The notes under the pieces: model-generated
Told to the model about the DNA's origin: nothing
The model's database searches: none
Seen by the model: only the letters and a program-made list of their open reading frames with translations
Shown: in pieces, positions 1 to 9,629 of the stretch
How positions within the stretch are numbered: the first letter of the stretch is position 1
How the letters are laid out: every line of letters starts with the position of its first letter
Program-made: the position numbers and the translations under genes
Assembly: GCA_963849325.1 (NCBI GenBank)
Contig: CAWKHF010000005.1
Location: forward strand, 576,001-640,000
Source of the DNA: an uncultured Planctomycetota bacterium
Lineage (GTDB): Bacteria > Planctomycetota > Planctomycetia > Gemmatales > Gemmataceae
Direction of reading: 5' to 3'
Length of the DNA: 64,000 bases

Positions 1-108
1 ACACGGAAAAAGACAAAAACAGAAACAGAGAATTCAGACCAGCGAAGATCGATAAATGAGCGCTACCTCCCTTGCTGTCTTTTTCCGTGTTTTCCGTGTT
101 TTCCGTGG
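1..108. repeat. 9-mer tandem inverted repeat (ACACGGAAA / TTTCCGTGT), truncated by window edge
   Basis: acacggaaaa at 1 and (ttttccgtg)x3-gt at ~80-108; same family as 12906-12988. Confidence 0.75.
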
Positions 109-141
109 TGGGCCTCTTCTGGGAAAGCGCCGCGTCTACCC

Positions 142-789
142 TCATTCGGTCGTCTGTCCCAGGCGCGTCTCGAATTTCTTCCGCAAGACCGCGGCCAGGT
201 GACGCACACAAAGCGCCTGCCGCATCCGTTCGGTGTTCGTCTTGTCGTGGACCATCAGGCGAAGCAACTCGGTCACGCTCAGCCGGTTCTCCTCCTCGCG
301 CAGCAATTCCACCGCATCGCCCGGACTTACCGTGCCTTCTTCCAGCACGGCGAGGTAAAACCCCGGACGATTGCTCGCCAGGAAGCGCGGGATGATCCCC
401 GGATCGCCAAACCGGATGCCCAGCTTGTAACAGGGCAGGCGCGGCTGCGTGACGACGAGGCGCGCCGTGCCGACCCGCAGCTCGTCGCCGACGTGCAGGG
501 CGTCCTCGCGCAGCCCCTCGGTAGTGAGGTTCTCGCCGAAGACGCCGAGGGGCAGTTCGCGGCCCGGAAGCTGCTCGCGCCAGTAATCGTAGTTCTCGAC
601 GGGGTAGGCATAGACGGCCTTGTCCGGCCCGCCGTGGACGGAGAGATCGGCCTGAGCGTCGCCCTCCAGGTTGAGACGCCGCAACGGAACGCGGCCGTCG
701 ATCGGCTCCTTGAAAATCCCCGTGGACACGACATCGCTCCCCCACGCGATTTCGCGGGGCAAACCGACGTTGACGGACACGATTCGCAT
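142..789 (-). CDS. MOSC domain protein (YiiM-like, with C-terminal 3-alpha domain)
   Basis: TGIFKEP, GDAQADLSVHGGPDKAVYAY, FGENLT, TQPRLPCYKL, PGFYLAVLEEG motifs; ATG at 789. Confidence 0.9.
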   Translation of the reverse strand: MRIVSVNVGLPREIAWGSDVVSTGIFKEPIDGRVPLRRLNLEGDAQADLSVHGGPDKAVYAYPVENYDYWREQLPGRELPLGVFGENLTTEGLREDALHVGDELRVGTARLVVTQPRLPCYKLGIRFGDPGIIPRFLASNRPGFYLAVLEEGTVSPGDAVELLREEENRLSVTELLRLMVHDKTNTERMRQALCVRHLAAVLRKKFETRLGQTTE

Positions 790-949
790 GACGACGGAAC
801 CCTCGCGCGGTACACGAGATTGACAGCGGGGCCGGTCTTTGACTATTCTCCCCGTTTTCGCCGGGCGGACAACCTCGGGCACATGAATTGCTCCACATCG
901 GAAGCGTCTTGGACCGATAAGGAATTGTTTGCCGGGAGGATCCTCCGTC

Positions 950-3900
950 ATGGCCGAAACTTCCAAGAACGAAATGACGACCCAGCTTGCCGAGGGTCTC
1001 TCCGTCAGCCGAACTGCGAACGGCAATGGGCTGACGTTGACCATCCGCCTTCAGGGTCCATCCGATTGCGTACTGCACTGGGGTTTGAGCCGGCGTCCCG
1101 GCGGGGCGTGGAATCGCCCTCCCCAGTCGTGCTGGCCGCAAGGGACGACGCCCGCCGACGGTAACGCCGTGCGTACCCCATTCGCTGGCGATGGTCAGAA
1201 AGAGGTGTCCATCCACCTCGATTCATCCGGCCCGTGGCGCGGCCTGGCCTTTGTCGTCCACGCCCCGAAAGAAAATCGCTGGATCAAGAGCGGCAATACG
1301 GACTTCGTCCTGCCGCTGCCCCGTCCGCGGGGCCGCTCGCCCGAAGAAGCGTTGACTGAGTGGGCGCCGGAAGGAACGGGGACGCGCCAGGTCCATTCGC
1401 TCGACAACGGTGATCGCGTCGCGGCGGCTATCGCCGAGACGCCCGACGGCGTGCGCGTCCGCCTGGTTTGCGACGCCGCGGCGCCGCTGGCCTTGCACTG
1501 GGGCTTGGCGTGGCAGTTCCAGCAGGAATGGACGCTGCCGCCGGAGAATTACCGGCCGGAAGGCACGACGCTCGCCGACGACAAGGCCGCGCGCACGCCG
1601 TTCACCGAGCGCGAGGGGTTGCAATACCTGGAGCTGCGCTTCCCCCGACCGTCCGAGGGACCGGGGCCGCGCGGCCTGCGCCTCGTTCTGCATCAGGCCG
1701 ACGAGGGCTGGCTCAAGAGCGACGGCAAAGACCTGTACTTGCCGCTTGTTCCAGGGCGAGCCGGACGCGCGACTGTCCGCGCCGAAGCTGAGCGAGTTGG
1801 CCGAGCAGATCGTCGGCGCCGAGAAGGGTGCCGGTTCGTGGACCCTGATGCACCGCTTCAACCTATGCCACGATCTGCTGGGGTCGGTACAGGATGACGA
1901 GGAGGGGCTGGCGCTGCTGTTCGCCTGGCTGCGCTACAGCGCCATCCGCCAACTCGATTGGCAGCGGCGCTACAACACCAAGCCGCGCGAGCTGAGTCAC
2001 GCCCAGGATCGACTGACGATACGGTTGGCCGGCGTCTGGCGCCGGAACCCGCCGGAGTCTCCGCAGTCGCTTCTGGGTGCGGCAAATGCTCACGACACTC
2101 GGCCGCGGCGGCGAGGGGCAGCGCGTGCGCGATGAGATCCTGCACATCATGCACCGCAATCATCTCAAGGAAACGGCCGGCAACTTCATCGAGGAATGGC
2201 ACCAAAAGCTGCACAACAACACCACGCCCGACGACGTCGTCATCTGCCAGGCTTACCTCGCCTTCCTCCGTAGCAACGGCGACGCCGGCACGTTCTACCG
2301 CACCCTGGAGCAGGGCGGCGTCACGCGCGCAGCGGCTGCAAGGCTTCGAGCGCCCCATCCGCTCCGAGCCGATCCTCTACGGCGACCGCAAGGATGCGCT
2401 GATCGGCGAATTCGAGAACTTCCTGAAAATCCTCAAGTCGGTGCATTCGGGCACGGACCTGGACAGCGCCGTCGCCGCGGCGCGCGGCCGACTCGACGGC
2501 GGCATGAACCGGCAACTCGATGGCCTGCTCGGCCCTGCGCGGGAAGGGTCCGGTCGTGGATGCGCTGGCCGGTACCGTCACGGCGGCGCGCGAAGGTCTG
2601 GCGAAGGCGCTGGCCGCCATCGGCGACGACGCCGGCCGCCGCGACCTGCTCTTCCTCGATCTGGCGCTGGAGGAATACCTGCGTGCGGCGATCGAACGGC
2701 AGAACGTCAGCCAGCTCCGCCGCGATGCGTTGGCGGCGCTGGTGCGGCGCGGCCCTGCGAAACCTCCAGCTCACGGCCGATTCCGCGGAGCTGGCCATCT
2801 GCGCCGGACACTGGGCGGCGCTGTTGGCTCGACCGCGCGACGGCCGCGACTGGGCGCTGCATGCCCGCAGCGTGACCGATCGCGTTTCGCGCTGGGTCGC
2901 AGGACTTCACCGGCGCCATCTATCGGCGCCTGCAACCCAAGGCCGAGGCGCTGGGCGCCGCCTTCGGCGCCGAGAAGTGGACGGTGCCGTTGTTCAGCGA
3001 GGAGGTCATCCGCGGCGGGCCGGCCTTCACCCTTTCGCTGCTCTTGCGTCCGCTCGACCGTCTTCTGCGCGAGGCGGCGGGACTGGGCGGCTGGCAGGTC
3101 ATCAGTCCCGCTCGCGCCACCGGCAAAGTCCGCGCGGTCAGTCGCCTCCACGATGTGCAGGCGGAGCGCTTCGCGGAGCCGACCGTGCTGGTCGCCGACC
3201 AGGTGAGCGGCGACGAGGAGATGCCCGAGGGCGTCACGGCGGTCCTCACCTCCGATTCGCCGGACCTGGTGTCGCACGTGGCCGTCCGCGCCCGCAACGC
3301 CGGCGTTCTCTTCGCCACCTGCTTCGACGCCGACGAATACCAGAACGTCTCAGGCGCTGGCGGGCCAATTCCTCAGCCTGCGCGTGACGCCGGGCGGCGA
3401 CGTGCAATATACGGAATCGTCCAAGTCCGTAGGGTGGGCCGAGTCTTCGAGGCCCACCGAGGAGCGTGGTGGGCCTCGTTCCTCGGCCCACCCTACGAAG
3501 ACCACGAAGGCCACCGCGTCCTTCCACGGATGGGTAGTTGGACAGGACCAGTTCGCCCCCGGCCTCGTTGGCGGCAAGTCGAACAACCTCAACGGCCTGC
3601 GCGGCCGACTGCCCGACTGGATCCGTCTGCCGAAATCCATCGCCCTGCCCTTCGGCGTCTTCGACCGCGTGCTGGCGGACGCGGCCAATCGTCGTCTGCG
3701 CGAGGAATGCAAAACCCTGATCGCGGCGGCCGAGACGAAGGGGACCGAAGCGTTGGCCGAACTGCGAGCCAAGCTGCATGGATTGACGGCGCCGACGGAA
3801 TTGCCAGCGGCGCTTCGGGAGGGCTGGCAGCGCGCCGGCCTGCCGCCGGTGCCGTGGGAGCAGACCTGGCACGCCATCCGCCGCGTCTGGGCGTCCAAGT

Positions 3901-4495
3901 GGAACGATCGCGCCTACCTGTCGCGCCGCGCTCGCGGTGTCCCGCACGACAGCCTGCAAATGGCCGTGCTTATTCAGCAAGTGGTGCCGGCCGATTATGC
4001 CTTCGTCATCCACACGGTCAATCCGCTCACCGGCAACCACGGCGAGATCTTCGCCGAGGTCGTTCTGGGCATGGGCGAGACGCTGGTCGGCAATTATCCC
4101 GGCCGGGCGCTCGGCTTCGTCTGCCGCAAGACCGACCTCAAGCCCGAGATACTCTCCTATCCCGGCAAGAGCGTGGGCCTTTACGGCAAGGGCGTGATCT
4201 TCCGCTCCGACTCCAACGGCGAGGACTTGGAGGGCTTTGCCGGCGCGGGACTTTATGATAGCTTCCTGGCCGAGGAGCCGGAGCATCGCGCTGCTCGACT
4301 ACCGCAACGAGAAGCTGGTCTGGGACGCGAAAGGTCCGCGACGACCTGCTCCGCTCGATCGCTCGGGCCGGGCTGGAAGTCGAACGTCTGCTCGGCTCGG
4401 CCCAGGACATCGAAGGAGCGATCGCCGGCGGCGAGCTGCACGTCGTCCAGACCCGTCCGCAAGTGGGACTGGACGACGACTCTCTCGCCGCGTAA
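950..4495 (+). CDS. Alpha-glucan, water dikinase (plant GWD1/R1-like) with two N-terminal CBM45-like domains; multiple frameshifts
   Basis: Stitched frames give LHWG..W..PP..P.GT x2, LMHRFNL, WLRYSAIRQLDWQRRYNTKPRELSHAQDRLT, GRGGEGQRVRDEIL, EEWHQKLHNNTTPDDVVICQA, PDLVSHVAVRARN, VGGKSNNL, WASKWNDRAY, FRSDSNGEDLEGFAGAGLYDS, QDIEG..VVQTRPQV; RBS GGGAGGA before ATG 950; TAA 4493-4495. Confidence 0.92.
3428..3497. repeat. GTAG-type REP-like nested palindrome lying in-frame inside the dikinase gene
   Basis: cgtagggtgggccgag ... ctcggcccaccctacg perfect inverted repeat with inner gaggcccacc/ggtgggcctc stem. Confidence 0.85.
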
Positions 4496-4497
4496 AC

Positions 4498-4561
4498 GTT
4501 TAGCCGCGACGCGCAGCGGAGCGCGGCGAGCGCCGCGCTCCGCTGCGCGTCGCGGCTAAAC
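4498..4561. repeat. Palindromic REP-like element, family A (GTTTAGCCGCGACGCGCAGCGGAGCGCG)
   Basis: Long inverted repeat; near-identical copies at 31256 and 37538. Confidence 0.9.
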
Positions 4562-4576
4562 CAGAAAGGATTCATC

Positions 4577-5457
4577 GTGACCCCGCGCATCCGCATCGGC
4601 AATCAGACGGCCATTTCGTGCGCCGACCCCTGACGCCTTTCCGCTTCGCCCTGCGACAACGGCTTCGACGCCTTCGAGTGGTTCGCCGACAAGAAGGTAC
4701 ATGCCGACGGCCGTAGCACCGGCTGGGACGAGCCGGACATGGACGCGGCCACGCGCCTCGCCATCCGCGACGCCGGCGTGGCCCATGACGTGCTCTTCAC
4801 CGTCCACGCCCCCTGGCAGGCCAACCCACTGCACGGCGACGGCATCCCCCTCCTGATCCGCAGCATCGATTTCGCCCGCGACATCGGTGCCGACCTGGTC
4901 AACCTGCACCTGTACATGGAGGAGGGGCCGGACGGTTACGCGCGGCGCTGGCGCCGGTGCTGCGGCATGCCGCCGAAGCGGGGCTGCGCGTCAGCATCGA
5001 GAACACGCCGCACACGACGCCGGACGACTTCAACGAAACTTTCGCCCGTCTCGCCCAGCTGGACGCCGTCCCGTCCGGGACGGTCGGCATGTGCCTGGAC
5101 ATCGGCCACGCCAACCTCTGCGCCGCCACCCGCAACAACTTCGTGCGCTACCTCGACGCCCTGGCGCCCGCGGTGCCCATCATCCACGTCCACGCCCACG
5201 AGAACCACGGCGATGCTGACAGCCACCTGACGCTGTTCACCGGCCCCTCGAAGGACGATGACGCCGGCGTGCGCGCGTTCCTGGATCGCCTGCGCCGCCG
5301 CCATTACCGCGGTGCCGTGATCCTGGAGCAGTGGCCCGACCCGCCGCAACTCCTCGTCGAAGCCGCCACCCGACTGCGCAGCCTCCTCGGCCTGCGTCCT
5401 CTCGCCGCGCCGGATGGCGCGACGACGGAGAAAAGCACGTCCCGGCGAGGCGCCTGA
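4577..5457 (+). CDS. Sugar phosphate isomerase/epimerase / AP endonuclease family 2 TIM-barrel protein; frameshifted
   Basis: GTG after GAAAGGA; IRIGNQT, GFDAFEWF, TVHAPW, NLHL, SIENT, CLDIGHA, HVHAHENHGDADSH, ILEQW metal-binding motifs. Confidence 0.8.
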
Positions 5458-5993
5458 ACGGGTGATGGGTCGCTCGTTGCCACGCTCGGCATGGGAGCGA
5501 GCGACAGCTCAAATTTGCACATCGCTTGTTCAAAAAAGACGGACACCGGGGACTTCGGTCTCCGCTTATCCCTCTTTCCAGGCCGGCAGCCGTTGCCTGC
5601 GCGATTTTTTTCTCATGCTCTTTCGCTCTTCTTCCGATTGTTTTTTGGGGATCGCGCAAGAAAAGAGAGGAGGAGAAAGCGCACGGCGCGAGAAGGTAGG
5701 AGAACAAGAACAGGTGTGAGAGGGTGCCGGCGATTTTCTTCACCAAAAATCACGGATTCACTCTCGCCCGCCCTCGGTTCATCGGCGAAAGTTCCCTTGT
5801 CCCAATTGGCGCGCCGCTTGCTCTACCACTCCTGTCGGCTTCCAGCCCCCGGTTGGAGGCACTTGGGCTGTGGAGACGGCGCCTCATCGACGGAAAGGCT
5901 CGGAGGGAGCGAGCCTTGCTGAGGCTACCGAAGAAGGTTGGAACGCGGCGGCTCGGAGGGGCCGCGTCCACCACGTCGAGGGCGGACAGAGAT

Positions 5994-7277
5994 ATGCAAC
6001 AAGACATCAAGGTTCCGTGGGTAGCAGTCGTCTCGTTTCCTCCGGGGCAAACGCCCGCCGAGGGGAAACACTATATCGGTAACGGGCGCGACATTCTCCT
6101 GGAGGGTTTCCACTGGGAGTCCCACCAGGGCGGCGCGTCCGATCCTGCAACGGGCATGCGCAAAAGTTGGTATCGCGTTCTCGTGGAGAACGCGGCAGCT
6201 GTCAAGGCGGCCGGTTTCACCTGGGTGTGGTTCCCGCCGCCGTCCGATTCATTGGCGCCGCAGGGATATATCCCACGGCGTTGGAACGTCCTGGATACGG
6301 CTTATGGCAGCGAGGCCGAACTGCGGGCGGCCATCCACGCGCTGGAACCGGTGCGGGCGATGGCCGACGTGGTCATCAATCACCGCGTCGGCGTCCACAC
6401 CAGCGGCGCCGACTTTGACGATCCGCCATTTCCCAATAACCGAGCGGCCATTGCCCGCGATGATTCTTCCGGCGTCGGCACCGGCAATCCCGACTCCGGC
6501 GAACACCATGCCGCCGGCCGCGATCTCGACCATACCAACCCCGATGTCCGCCACGCCATCACGGACTACTTGCGCAAGCTCAAAGCGATCGGCTTCCAGG
6601 GTTGGCGCTACGACCTGACCAAGGGCTACGCCGGCCGTTTCATCGCCGAGTACAACGACACCACCGAGCCGGGCTTCTCCGTCGGCGAATTCTACGACGG
6701 CGATCGGCAGAAGGTGACAAGTTGGATCGACGCCACCGGCGGCAAGACGACGGCGTTCGATTTCCCCACGCGCTATCTGCTGTATGAGGCGTGCCTGAGC
6801 GACGATTACGGCCGGCTCCGTTCGCACAACAGCGGCCGAGTGGTTCCCGGCGGTTTGCTCGGCCTGTGGCCGAGCCGTTCGGTGACTTTTCTGGATAATC
6901 ACGATACGGAAAGTCGCCGCGATTACGAACATAGCTGTCACAACGACGGCACGCGGCACTTTCCCGGCGAGACGGTCGGCATGGGTTACGCCTACCTGCT
7001 GACGCATCCCGGTACGCCGTGCGTCTTCTGGCCGCACTTCTTCGATTGGGGCCAACCGACGCGGCAGCGAATCGAGCGCCTGATCCACCTGCGACGGCAC
7101 TGCGGCATTCATTCGCGCAGCCACGTGGACATCAAGGAGGCCGGCCACGGATTGTACGCGGCGATCATCGACGGCAAGGTGGCGATGAAGCTCGGTCGTC
7201 GTGGCTGGTCGCCCGGCGGCGGCTGGCACCTCGCCGTCGACGGCGACAAGTTCGCCGTGTGGATGCGATCCAACTAA
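5994..7277 (+). CDS. Alpha-amylase, GH13, plant-type (GH13_6-like), no signal peptide
   Basis: ILLEGFHWES, GFTWVWFPPP, PQGYIP, DVVINHR, GWRYDLTKGY, VGEFY, FLDNHDT, YLLTHPGTPCVF, YAAIIDGKVAMKLG. Confidence 0.92.
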   Translation: MQQDIKVPWVAVVSFPPGQTPAEGKHYIGNGRDILLEGFHWESHQGGASDPATGMRKSWYRVLVENAAAVKAAGFTWVWFPPPSDSLAPQGYIPRRWNVLDTAYGSEAELRAAIHALEPVRAMADVVINHRVGVHTSGADFDDPPFPNNRAAIARDDSSGVGTGNPDSGEHHAAGRDLDHTNPDVRHAITDYLRKLKAIGFQGWRYDLTKGYAGRFIAEYNDTTEPGFSVGEFYDGDRQKVTSWIDATGGKTTAFDFPTRYLLYEACLSDDYGRLRSHNSGRVVPGGLLGLWPSRSVTFLDNHDTESRRDYEHSCHNDGTRHFPGETVGMGYAYLLTHPGTPCVFWPHFFDWGQPTRQRIERLIHLRRHCGIHSRSHVDIKEAGHGLYAAIIDGKVAMKLGRRGWSPGGGWHLAVDGDKFAVWMRSN

Positions 7278-7299
7278 TCTGGTGGTTCGTGGAAACGAT

Positions 7300-7357
7300 A
7301 CGAGCCGCGAACGTCCGCAAGGGGAGGCAACCCCGCTCGCGGACGCTTGCGGCTCGT
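7300..7357. repeat. Imperfect palindromic REP-like element between convergent genes (possible terminator)
   Basis: acgagccgcgaacgtccgc ... gcggacgcttgcggctcgt. Confidence 0.7.
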
Positions 7358-7388
7358 GCCTTGCGCGGCCAGTCCCATGGATGGGTCA

Positions 7389-9107
7389 TTACCCGAATCG
7401 GCGGCTGACCGACGTACACGGCCAGGTCGTGAAGGAAATCCTGGCCTGACCATCCGACAAGGAATGTCCCATAACTCCGGTTCGCCACGCCGGCGCCAGC
7501 AAGCACGCCTGGGCGATCCCCAGTCGAAGGGCGGCGCTCTCCCCGACGCGCTGATCGTACTCCTCGCGCTCGAAGCAGAAGGCGACGCGAGCCACGCGGA
7601 AACACAGCGGCTCCGCTTCGCCGACGAAAACGGCGGCGGCGCGGGAACGCACCTCGCCGGCGAGCGGCTCACAGCTGTCCAGCGGGATTTCCAGCGCGAT
7701 CTCCTGCCGGGTGATTCGGCCATACCACGGCTGCGACGAGAAGGCGCGGTCCTGCGGCACACAGTAGGCCAGAAACGCACGATAGCTGTCGAAACACTCG
7801 CTCCAGGGTGGGCCGGGCAGGGCGGCGCCGTTGGGACGGAGCGCTGCCTCCAGGTCGGGAGCGCTGCCGGTCCCTGGATCGAGCCGGACACGGCAGACGT
7901 GATCCGCGCCGACCGCAACGGCGGCGCGGTGGAGAGCGTGCATGGGCATGCCCTCGGAGAGCAGACGAGCGGCCAGCGCGTGCGGCGTGCTGCTGATGGC
8001 GTTGGTCACGAAATAGACGCCCGGCAGTCCGCTGTGCGGGTCGTGGACGTAGAGACGCCAGTTGGTATGCACCGGCGAGGGCAGCAAGCGGCGCAGTGGC
8101 CCCAGCCGGCGCGGGCCGAAATGGCCGTGCCGGTAGGTCAGGTGCGTGAACAGGGCGTAGCGGCCGGCGCGGCCGAGTCGTTGCAGCTCCAGCCCGGCCG
8201 GGACGAACGACTCCAGACGCTCCGCCTCCACGAGATAATTAACATAAATAACGTCGGTTATATCGCTAACGAAGGCGACGGGCGGCAGCCATTCGCAGTA
8301 GGCACGGAGCAGCCGGCTGTTGGCCAGAACGTCGAGGGCGCGGCCGACCGGGCCGCGTCCAGGGTGCCGCCACGGCGCCAACCGGCCGTGGGTCTCCTCC
8401 GGTCGAGCGCGGCGCAACACCTGCTCGGCGGCCACGGCCAGCCAGGCCAGCAGCAGCGTCAGGCCCACTCCGTTGGCGGCGCCGACCACGGCCGCGGGGG
8501 GCTGCCATTCCTCCGGCAGCAACAGCCCGGCGCTGCCGACGGCGAGCGCGCTCCAGGTCACGATCGACAGGAGCGTCAAGTTTCGGCCCCATGTCCCGGC
8601 GGCGGCGAAGCACCAACTCCAGCCCAGGGCCATGCACAGGTACAGCGTGCCGCCCCAGGCGACGACCGCCTCGTATGCCTGCTTCTCGAATTGCAGATAC
8701 GGCGTCAGGTCGCCATCGCGGTCGGCCCTGGCGGCGAGGTCCAGACCGCGCGTCACCCACAGAGCCTGGCCGCGCTGGTCGGGAAAAATCGCCAGCAGAG
8801 TACACACTAGTACGACCGCCGCCGGCAGACGCGGCACCCAGGACGTGCGCCACAGGGCCAGGCCGGTCAACAAGTCCACGAACGCCGTCACTTGCCAGGG
8901 CAGCCAGCCCAACCGCCATAGCCAGGGATGGGCCGCCAGGTAAGCGACGCGGGCGGCGTCGTCGGCGGAGGTGTCGCCGGGCAGGCCAGGCAGCAGCAAC
9001 AGCGCCGTGCCGGCCAGGGCGAGGACGTGAACGCCCAGGTTGATAAGTAAGACCTGCTCCAGAAACCGCGCCGCCAGACGCGGCTCGCTCTTGGTCGTGA
9101 CGTGCAT
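7389..9107 (-). CDS. Membrane protein fused to a C-terminal DUF2071 (YqjF-like) domain
   Basis: Hydrophobic N-terminal half; VIYVNYLV...VPAGLEL, TNWRLYV...GVYF motifs of DUF2071. Confidence 0.7.
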   Translation of the reverse strand: MHVTTKSEPRLAARFLEQVLLINLGVHVLALAGTALLLLPGLPGDTSADDAARVAYLAAHPWLWRLGWLPWQVTAFVDLLTGLALWRTSWVPRLPAAVVLVCTLLAIFPDQRGQALWVTRGLDLAARADRDGDLTPYLQFEKQAYEAVVAWGGTLYLCMALGWSWCFAAAGTWGRNLTLLSIVTWSALAVGSAGLLLPEEWQPPAAVVGAANGVGLTLLLAWLAVAAEQVLRRARPEETHGRLAPWRHPGRGPVGRALDVLANSRLLRAYCEWLPPVAFVSDITDVIYVNYLVEAERLESFVPAGLELQRLGRAGRYALFTHLTYRHGHFGPRRLGPLRRLLPSPVHTNWRLYVHDPHSGLPGVYFVTNAISSTPHALAARLLSEGMPMHALHRAAVAVGADHVCRVRLDPGTGSAPDLEAALRPNGAALPGPPWSECFDSYRAFLAYCVPQDRAFSSQPWYGRITRQEIALEIPLDSCEPLAGEVRSRAAAVFVGEAEPLCFRVARVAFCFEREEYDQRVGESAALRLGIAQACLLAPAWRTGVMGHSLSDGQARISFTTWPCTSVSRRFG

Positions 9108-9196
9108 GCCCAGCTCCGCCGCTCGCCAACCACCGAAGGCCGCTGGCGCCCTCTTGTGGTCTGGGCGTCATGGTAGCGGCCCACCGGCCGTCGCGC

Positions 9197-9433
9197 CTAC
9201 GAGAATTTGGTAGTGGACGATTCGTGTGTTGACGCGGGCGGGTTCTTGGATCGGAACCGCCAACTTCGCACCTGCACGACGATCAGGCTAGCGACGAGGC
9301 CGGAGACCCCGATCCAATTTCTGGCATCCGAACTGGGTTGAAAGATTCCGTCAACAAGGCTTAGCGCGAGGTAGTGTCCGAACAGCACCCCAGTCAGAAT
9401 GCCGAGCCACCAGTCAGGGGTATTCCACTTCAT
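9197..9433 (-). CDS. Small hypothetical membrane protein
   Basis: Two hydrophobic segments, lower-GC patch; start uncertain. Confidence 0.4.
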   Translation of the reverse strand: MKWNTPDWWLGILTGVLFGHYLALSLVDGIFQPSSDARNWIGVSGLVASLIVVQVRSWRFRSKNPPASTHESSTTKFS

Positions 9434-9629
9434 CGCGCTTATCTCCCTTATGCGTGACCGCTCTTGCAATTCTAGCTCACTCATCCTATGCGGCACCAAC
9501 TCACGAATAGTCCACTACCGAGAATTTGCAAGGAAGGGATACCGCTCAGGGAGTCCTTCTGGGATTAGCGGGAAATCGCTACCATGAGAGAGTCAGGGCG
9601 CCGGCGTGCGCCGCCAGGGGGAGGCTCCC

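Noticed and set aside
950-4495. Calling the dikinase PEP synthase or PPDK
   Set aside because: No PEP/pyruvate-binding barrel; domain order (CBM, GWD core, His domain, C-terminal ATP-binding) and motifs match glucan water dikinase.
5458-5993. Purine/pyrimidine-skewed intergenic region before the amylase as ncRNA or riboswitch, or an N-terminal extension from 5724
   Set aside because: No recognisable RNA motif; the extension lacks amylase or CBM features; ATG 5994 is preferred.
7347-8810. Long alternative ORFs, e.g. 7347-8810, 22124-25831, 27633-29636, 32617-34386, 60882-62408
   Set aside because: Antisense or off-frame shadows of well-supported genes, expected at high GC; no motifs.
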